A stretch of DNA of 64,000 nt from contig NC_043019.1 in NCBI RefSeq assembly GCF_006345805.1, positions 31,619,360 through 31,683,359 on the forward strand. The letters are read 5' to 3'. Below the pieces are notes generated by a model, which saw nothing but the letters and a program-made list of their open reading frames with translations, did not search any database and was not told where the DNA came from. Below are positions 55,961-64,000 of this stretch, piece after piece. The stretch comes from Octopus sinensis (lineage: Eukaryota). The number at the start of each line of letters is the position of its first letter. The stretch's first letter is position 1. Both the position numbers and the translations under genes were made by a program.

Positions 55961-56843
55961 TGTGTGTTGTCTGATCAATAAGTATCTGGACTGTTGCCAT
56001 AGTAAAGAAGTTAAAGCATGCAGAGTAAAGCCACTTGGCACAGATTGATCTTGTACACTGCTGTACATGTCCACTAAATTTTAACTTTCTAGCTCACTTC
56101 CACTGTTTACAACAGTGCTTGGAAGGAAGGTGTGTAGCGTGTGATCATTGCATTGACCATGACAGAGGAAGCTGAGCAGAGAACCTGCATCAAATTTTGC
56201 CAAAAGCTGTATGATACTTGCTCAGAGGCCTACGCAAAGTTTTCAAAAATTTTCATCATTCTTGGCACAATCAAGATCTTGTGCTACTGAAACCTGAGTG
56301 TCTTTTTGGTCAGCTGAAAGCAGTTTTAGCACAAACGTCACAGACACATGTCTCACCCAAATCTTCCGTGATAATGGACTGAACTGAACCATAACTAATC
56401 TGCACATCCTCTGATAACTCACAGATGGTAATTAAATGATTTTCCCTCACAGTTGCAAGCACATCTGTGAGGTTTTTCTTAGTTCTGCTGTTTGAGGAAC
56501 TCCGAGAATGATCATCAATATCAACATTTTTTCGGCCATCTTTGAAACGTCTGAACCACTCGTACACTTGTGTGCGGCTCATATACTCCTCTCCATACAC
56601 TTTCTGTAACCTTGCATAGGCATCTGAGCAGGTAGCACCATGACAACTTTCTCTGTCATGGCCAATGCAACGATCACATGCTACACATCTTCCTTCCAGG
56701 CACTGCTGTAAACAGCAGAAATGAACTAGAATGTTAAAACTAAGTGTAGATGAACAGCAGAGTTCAAGATCAATCTGTGCCAAGCAGATTCTCTCTATGT
56801 GCTTTAGCAACAATCCGGATACTTATTGATCAGACATCATGTA
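55961..56843. mobile_element. Rearranged mariner element made of two inverted 5' ends (transposase N-terminal HTH on both strands)
   Basis: TIR GTCTGATCAATAAGTATC(C/T)GGA at both ends, TA at 56842. The + arm reads MTEEAEQRTCIKFCQKLYDTCSEAYAK from 56159. The - arm reads ...AYARLQKVYGEEYMSRTQVYEWFRRFKDGR...ITEDLG. No DDD domain is present. Confidence 0.9.
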
Positions 56844-56950
56844 TGTGTGTGTGTGTGTGTGTATGTGTATATTATATATATATATATATATATATATGAA
56901 AAAACAAGTAAAAAATAGAAAATGCTAAAATAATTTTATAGTGAACATTT

Positions 56951-56987
56951 CAGTACCGTTTCGGTCATTTTGAGACCTTTTCAACTG
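56951..56987 (-). ncRNA. Degenerate hammerhead-like motif, pseudo-LTR copy 1
   Basis: Minus strand CAG-TTGAAAA-GGTC-TCAAAAT-GACC-GAAAC-GGTA-CTG; the core differs from CTGAAGA at two positions. Confidence 0.45.
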
Positions 56988-57634
56988 TAACGATTAAATA
57001 ATTAAATTTAGAAAAATTAGAAGAAAAGTTTTTTTAAAAGAATATTTCTATAGTAGTGTTCAAATTTAAGTGGCATTCTGCCTTTCTCTGACTCCCTTGT
57101 TTGCACTTGTGTGTTCGAGGTAGTTGTGAGTTCTTGGTAGGGTAGTAGAGGGAAGGCTGGTGAGGAAAGGGGGGTGGGAGAATCTGGGAGTGCCCTGATG
57201 GTCGTATTTTGAATGGTCAGTGGCGGCTGGCAGTCTCAGTTCAATTCAGGAGAATATTTATATGACAGGCTTCTTTATAGAATTAGCGTAGGTGTTATAC
57301 TAAAAAACATTAGTGACAAACTTAAGGGGTAGGGGGTGGAGAAGAAGAAGAAGAAGAAGGAGAAGGAGAAGATGACGGTGATGGTGGTGATGATTATGAC
57401 GACGATGATGATGATAACGATGATGATGAAGAAGAAGAAGAAGAAGGAGGAGAAGGAGAAGATGGTGGTGATGATGGTGGCGATGATGATGATGCCGATG
57501 ATGATGATAACGATGATGATGAAGAAGAAGAGGAAGAAGAAGAAGAAGAAAAAAACAGAGAAGGGAGAATATGAATGGGTGTAAATATAGCTATGAAGGG
57601 CTGATTAGTAATGGATTCTATGGAGTGTAGTATT

Positions 57635-57668
<34 letters not shown>

Positions 57669-57725
57669 ATATGAAAAAACAAGTAAAAAATAGAAAATGC
57701 TAAAATAATTTTATAGTGAACATTT

Positions 57726-57762
57726 CAGTACCGTTTCGGTCATTTTGAGACCTTTTCAACTG
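57726..57762 (-). ncRNA. Degenerate hammerhead-like motif, pseudo-LTR copy 2
   Basis: Identical to the copy at 56951-56987. Confidence 0.45.
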
Positions 57763-58466
57763 TAACGATTAAATAATTAAATTTAGAAAAATTAGAAGAA
57801 AAGTTTTTTTAAAAGAATATTTCTATAGTAGTGTTCAAATTTAAGTGGCATTCTGCCTTTCTCTGACTCCCTTGTTTGCACTTGTGTGTTCGAGGTAGTT
57901 GTGAGTTCTTGGTAGGGTAGTAGAGGGAAGGCTGGTGAGGAAAGGGGGGTGGGAGAATCTGGGAGTGCCCTGATGGTCGTATTTTGAATGGTCAGTGGCG
58001 GCTGGCAGTCTCAGTTCAATTCAGGAGAATATTTATATTGACAGGCTTGTTTATAGAATTAGCGTAGGTGTTATACTAAAAAACATTAGTGACAAACTTA
58101 AGGGGTAGGGGGTGGAGAAGAAGAAGAAGAAGAAGGAGAAGGAGAAGATGACGATGATGGTGATGGTGGTGATGATTATGACGACGATGATGATGATAAC
58201 GATGATGATGAAGAAGAAGAAGAAGAAGAAGAAGAGGAGAAGGAGAAGATGGTGGTGATGATGGTGGCGATGATGATGATGCCGATGATGATGATAACGA
58301 TGATGATGAAGAAGAAGAGGAAGAAGAAGAAGAAAAAAACAGAGAAGGGAGAATATGAATGGGTGTAAATATAGCTATGAAGGGGCTGATTAGTAATGGA
58401 TTCTATGGAGTGTAGTATTTGTGTGTGTATATATATTTTTTTCTTTTATTCTAAAGTTGAGGTATA

Positions 58467-58770
58467 TTAATTGTTTGTCGTAGACCCGTTAAGAAGTGGC
58501 TTGTATTTTGTAATAAAGAGATTTTCTTTACTTATTCATTGTCTCGAGGTTGTATCGTCCCTAAATTGGTAGAGGGGGAAAATTCTGAAGTTTGGTGTTT
58601 TTTTGTTGGCGCAAGTATCTATGTGTTGGCTAAAACTATTTTTCTGTTTTGGGGATTTTTATCTGGGATCTGTGCAGGGCCATTCGTTTACGCAAACCAT
58701 TTTTTGTTTGGCCTATGTACTGCTCTTGACACCCGGAGCAGGTTAGTGAGTATATTAGGTTCTCCGAATA
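58467..58770 (-). mobile_element. Penelope-like element GIY-YIG endonuclease remnant (frameshifted, one stop)
   Basis: Minus-strand translation SENLIYSLTCSGCQEQYIGQTKNGLRKRMALHRSQIK...SQHIDTCANKKTPNFRIFPLYQFRDDTTSRQ*ISKENLFITKYKPLLN contains the LIY-x9-YIG motif with CxxC, R/H and E/N motifs of PLE endonucleases. Confidence 0.85.
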
Positions 58771-59221
58771 TATATATATACATACAAACATACATACATA
58801 CATACATCATACATACATACATACATATCATCATCATCGTCATTTAATGTCTGCTTTCCATGCTGGTGCATGGGTTGGATGGTTTGACTGAGGACTGGCA
58901 AGCCAGAAAGCTGCACCAGGCTCCAATCTGATCTGGCAAAGTTTCTACTGCTGGATTCCCTTCCTAACACCAACCACTCCGAGAGTGTAGAGGATACTTT
59001 TATGTGCTACCAGTCAGGCGGTACTGGCAATGACCTCACTCAAATGTTGTTTTTCATGTGTCACTGGCACATGTGCCAGTAAGGCGTCGCTGGCAATGAT
59101 CAGGCTCAAATGGTGCTTTTTTACGTATATATACATATACACACACTCACACACACACATATATATATATCATCGTCATCATCATATAACATCCGCCTAA
59201 CATGCTGGCATGGGTGGGATA

Positions 59222-59263
<42 letters not shown>

Positions 59264-59938
59264 TTAGGGAGTATAGCTCCAAACTTACAGAGGAAATTTA
59301 GATTTAGGATTAAATCAAATTTCACTGTATAAATATATAAAATATGAATTAGAAATAAAACCACTATTAAGCAACTCAAACAGTGATAGACATAAACCAA
59401 TACATAAATAACAAATAATATAAATATAATTATTATAATATATAATATAATAATTCAAACTTAGACTCCGATGTCTTTACAGGGGACCAATTCCATGGGG
59501 TTAAAATTGGCTATAAGAGGGATCAACTTGACCAAATGTGGAGGCAATTATGTGGATAAACAATTTAGATATATTAAATATAACAGCTTGGATCTATTGA
59601 TATAAATATCTATGCAACAATATATGTAAACAAACTTTTATTTAGTTTTTAGAAATATCAAATATATATCATATTATACAGACAAGAAGGTAATATTTCG
59701 AATGCAGTATAGTCACGAAAACAGTTGAAAGAGTCTGTTTACATGGCTGTACTGTGAAATATTATCTGGTCTGTGCAATAAATATCTATATTTTTATACT
59801 TAATTATTCATCATCTGAAAGTCTCCACTCTTTACTTTCCCTCGTTTTGCATGTATACATATATACATATTTTGTATTTCATACTCAAGCCATTATATTT
59901 AGTATATTTTGTTTGTTTATCCACATAACTGCTTATAT

Positions 59939-59970
<32 letters not shown>

Positions 59971-60671
59971 GTGACTTTGTGGTTAAAAAAGCTTGCTTAC
60001 CAACCACATTGTTCCAGGTTCAGTTCTACTGCATGGCACCTTGAGCAAATGTCTTCCACTATAGGCTCAGGCCGACCAAAGCCTTGTGAGTGGGTTTGGT
60101 AGACAGAAACTGAAAGAAGCCTATATATATATATGTATGTGTGTGTGTGTACATATCTGTGTGTGTGTGTCTGTGCTTGTCCCCACCACCATTGCTTGAC
60201 AATAGACATTGGTGTGTTTATGCCCCCGTCACTTAGTGGTTCGCCAAAAGAGACCAATAGAATAAGTGCTTGGCTTATAAAGAATAAGTTCTGGGGTCAA
60301 TTTGTTCAATTAATGGCGATACTCCAGCATGGCCGCAGTCAAATGATTGAAACAAGCAAATGACTAAATGACACATATATATATATATATATTTACGAGT
60401 GTGTGTGTGTATATATATATGTGTGTGTGTAATGTACTTATCTGTGATAGAAAATTCAATAAAAACATACTCCATCTTGTGAGAGATAAATATTATTATT
60501 AAAAGGTCACATTCGGTTAGAGAATGTATAAATACATAGCCGTCTAAATCTAGTTTATTTGGTTTGTGCCTGAAGAATATGTTTGAGTTTTCTCAACATA
60601 TGAAACTATTAGTAGCACTTTAATACCTGTATAGTGACCTTTAAGTAATAATAATAATAATATAATAATAA

Positions 60672-60702
<31 letters not shown>

Positions 60703-60814
60703 AATGATAATAACAATAATAATAACCCTTATCAGACGGGTTGTCATGATGGGTATACTGGGCTTCGTATATTTTACCCCAGTGCCACTTTGATGGCATG
60801 CACTGCTCTCTCAC

Positions 60815-60856
<42 letters not shown>

Positions 60857-61956
60857 TATCATATATGTGTGTGTGTGTGTCTCTGTAATCTTGGCACCAC
60901 CTTTGGGAAATGTCTTCTTCTATAGCCCTGTGCCAGCCAATGCCCTGTGAGAGTGTGGAAACTGTGTGGAAGCCACTTATATAGTGAAGGCACATGGCTC
61001 AGTGGTTAGAGTATCAGGATCACGATCATGAGGTAGTGAGTTCAATTTCTGGACCAGTCTGTGTGTTGTGTTCATGAGCAAGACATTTTATTTCACATTG
61101 CTCCAGTTCATTCAGCTGTAGAAGTGAGTTGCAACATCACTGGTGCCAAGCTAATTTGGCCTTTGCCTTTCCCTTAGATAACATCAGTGGCATGGAGAGG
61201 AGAGGCTGGTATGCATGGGCGACTGCTGGTTTTCCTTAAAACAAATTTGCCTGGACTTGTGCCTGAGAGGGGAACTTTCTAGGTATAGGGGTTTTTTACC
61301 TTACACACACACACACACATATATATATATATGTAACCAGAGTTAGCGGTTATAGTAACCGACTAAGGGATAAAATATCCATATATACTATCGGTATCCA
61401 TTATCTGTATTACCCCTGGGCATTGGTGTGCAAGCACACCATACACATAGAGTGCAGGTAACAACAGGATAAACAAGAGCTTACCATTTTCTAATTTTTT
61501 ATTTATATATATATATACACACACACACCCGTAATTAATCATTTATACACACACACACACATATGTGTGTATTATATATGAGTGTATGTTTGTGTGTGTG
61601 TGTATTTTTTTGTGCTGTCCCACACCACTTGGCAACCAGTGAAAAGAGACCAGTAGAATAATCATCAGATAATTATCAGACAGAAACAAACAAGTTCTGG
61701 AATCAATTTGATTCACTCAATCTGGCCAAGACATTGCTTAGCTATGACTCCATGAATTCAATGTGGCGAGAGACTCTGTTGAGGCTCTTTTATTGTAATT
61801 ATGTTCAGCAAATTAGGCTTTAACACTCAGATCAACCCTGATCTATAAACTAGATTTAGAAGGTTATGTATGTATGTATACATACTCTAGCTGAATCAGA
61901 AAATCCGTTTAAGGTATGCACAAATACACACACACACATACACTTACACACACACA

Positions 61957-62034
<78 letters not shown>

Positions 62035-62400
62035 CACTTACACACATATGCACACATGCACACACGTATATATTGTTTACCACAGGCACGGCTGTGTGGT
62101 TAAGAAGTTTGCTTCTCAATAACAGGGTTCCAGGTTCCCACCCTCTGTGTAGCACCTTGGCCGAGCTTTTTCTTACTGTAGTCCTGGACCAACAAAAGAC
62201 TAGTAAGTGGATTTGGTTGATGGAAACTAAAAGAAGCCCATAGTACGTGCATGTGTGTGTGTGTGTGTGTATGAGGGGGAAGACAGAAAGAAAGATTTGA
62301 TTGTACTTAGGTTACAATTAATTTAATGTATTTTTAGTGATTCTAACCATTGGACCATTTTCTCCATTCCATTTTGTCTTATTCTTCATTTCTTCATCAG

Positions 62401-62441
62401 GTTCCACCGAAAAATGACCACGATGACGATGATATCGAATC
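62401..62441 (+). CDS. OTOF: Otoferlin-like small exon (41 bp, phase 0 to 2): VPPKNDHDDDDIE(S), start of FerI region
   Basis: Pyrimidine-rich tract + CAG acceptor and GTAAGC donor at 62442. Acidic DDIE motif of ferlins; phases fit both neighbours. Confidence 0.9.
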
Positions 62442-62734
62442 GTAAGCAAATTTTATAATCATTATTCTTCTTACTTTCCATTTTCCATTTTCTTAGAGAA
62501 CCGAAAGTATATTTCTTTCAATGTATTTTTTCTTTTTGTTATGCTTTTCTTTTCTTTCACTTTATTTTAGCCATGGCTGTGTGGTTTGGGAGGTAAGCCT
62601 CTCAACCATTTGGTCTTAGGTTCAGTCTCACTGTGCAGTACCTTAGGCAAGTGTCTTCCACCAAACCCCCAGGTCAACCAGAATCTTCCATGTATATCTG
62701 TTTGAAAGAAACTGGATGTGAAGCCTATCACATC

Positions 62735-62765
<31 letters not shown>

Positions 62766-63029
62766 GTGTCTGCTGTCTATGTGCATAGATATGTGTGGGC
62801 ACATCTCTTTGTGTTTGCGTTTGTCCCCCACTACCACTTGACAAACAGTGTTGGTTTGTTTATATCCTTATAACTTAGCAGTTCAGCAAAAGAGACCAAA
62901 TGAATTGTGTTGGTTCATTCAACTAAACTCTTCAAGGTGGTACTCCAACATGGCCACAGTCCGATGACTGAAACAAGTAAATGGTAAAAGATAAGAGATA
63001 AAAAAATATATTAATCTTTTTGTTCACTT

Positions 63030-63600
63030 AGGACTTTTTATGTTAATTCCTATTACTGAATTGTTTGAGGTGAACATACTTCACTCTTGGCAGGTTGAGG
63101 TATTCCCAATCTTGCTTACATTTTAAATAACTTTCCATTGTTACCATTTGACATATTGACAGAAGAAAATAATTGAAGGCTAAAATCTGTATGATCAATG
63201 CACAAGCCTAATTTCACTCTTTTAACTATTGACAACCAAATCTCCATAGCTCTAAGTAGATCGGCATTACTGTTGTTTAACACCAGGTCAATTTTTTTCA
63301 AGTGGCAAGTGTATGATCAAAGGTTTTTCCAGCTGACCTTTGATCGAAGCTTCTCCAATTGAACTGCAATCAAAAGTGATCCCATATGTTTTTTTATACT
63401 AGGGACTATGTTCTTCCTCTGAGAAATGATACCTGCCAATTTGATATCCAACTAAGTGAACGATTTCTTTCCCATCTGTTGAGGATCCTCAATCTATTGG
63501 ACAAAAAATATGAAGTTTGTTTATTTTTGTCAAATTTTGAGGAAATGATATCATTGATCACATTTCACTGGTTTGCTGCATTTCTGGTGGTAAGAGTGCC
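63030..63600 (-). mobile_element. Possible heavily decayed LINE RT fragment
   Basis: Broken frames give HMGSLL..., VMPI and LLRAMEIW, loosely like YLGS / PILLYGxExW. Confidence 0.3.
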
Positions 63601-63774
63601 AAGGGAGTGTCATTAACTTGTCACAGAACATATCCTATGAACTAAGTGAAAGTCCTGTTGTTGTTGTTGTTGTTAATTCTGCCCACTATGCTATTTGAGT
63701 ATTCCAAAAAGACATGGTGGCGGGGTCCAAAAAAATTAAAAGATAATTTTTTTTCTTTTTTTTTAACAAAGTAA

Positions 63775-64000
<226 letters not shown>

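Larger units (their letters stand above)
56896..58436 (-). repeat. Tandem duplication of a ~775-bp unit (starts 56896 and 57671), probable Penelope 3' pseudo-LTR
   Basis: Two near-identical copies differing mainly by homopolymer and microsatellite length. They lie directly 3' of the GIY-YIG on the minus strand, and each ends in a hammerhead-like motif and (TA)n. Confidence 0.75.

Noticed and set aside
57180-57330. Second GIY-YIG C-terminus inside the duplicated unit
   Set aside because: Only a faint LLN..E..RH resemblance with stops in all frames.

Overview
AT-rich, microsatellite-dense eukaryotic DNA. The repeat families resemble coleoid cephalopod (Octopus-type) sequence, but this is by recognition only and the species cannot be fixed. 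The window appears to lie inside one + strand gene, an otoferlin-like (type-2) ferlin. Four coding exons (10587-10671, 30332-30447, 62401-62441, 63843-window end; 400 coding bp) have canonical AG/GT ends and join in frame. They encode the end of C2B, the FerI linker and the start of C2C, and are separated by introns of 19,660, 31,953 and 1,401 bp. The introns are filled with tRNA-headed SINE families, 3' fragments of RTE, R4/Dong and CR1-group LINEs, Tc1/mariner and piggyBac-type MITEs, a Helentron remnant, Penelope-like pieces and simple repeats. Almost all ORFs in the supplied track are microsatellite artefacts. The most notable observations are: (1) a Penelope-like GIY-YIG endonuclease remnant followed by a tandem 775-bp 3' unit, each copy ending in a hammerhead-ribozyme-like motif; (2) further minimal hammerhead motifs, with intact cores only antisense to the gene and one copy sequestered by an inverted micro-duplication; (3) a 349-bp spacer-less palindrome and other fold-backs next to (TA)n tracts; (4) a mariner element built from two 5' ends. 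No CRISPR, rRNA or genuine tRNA gene was seen. No database search was possible, and repeat boundaries are approximate.
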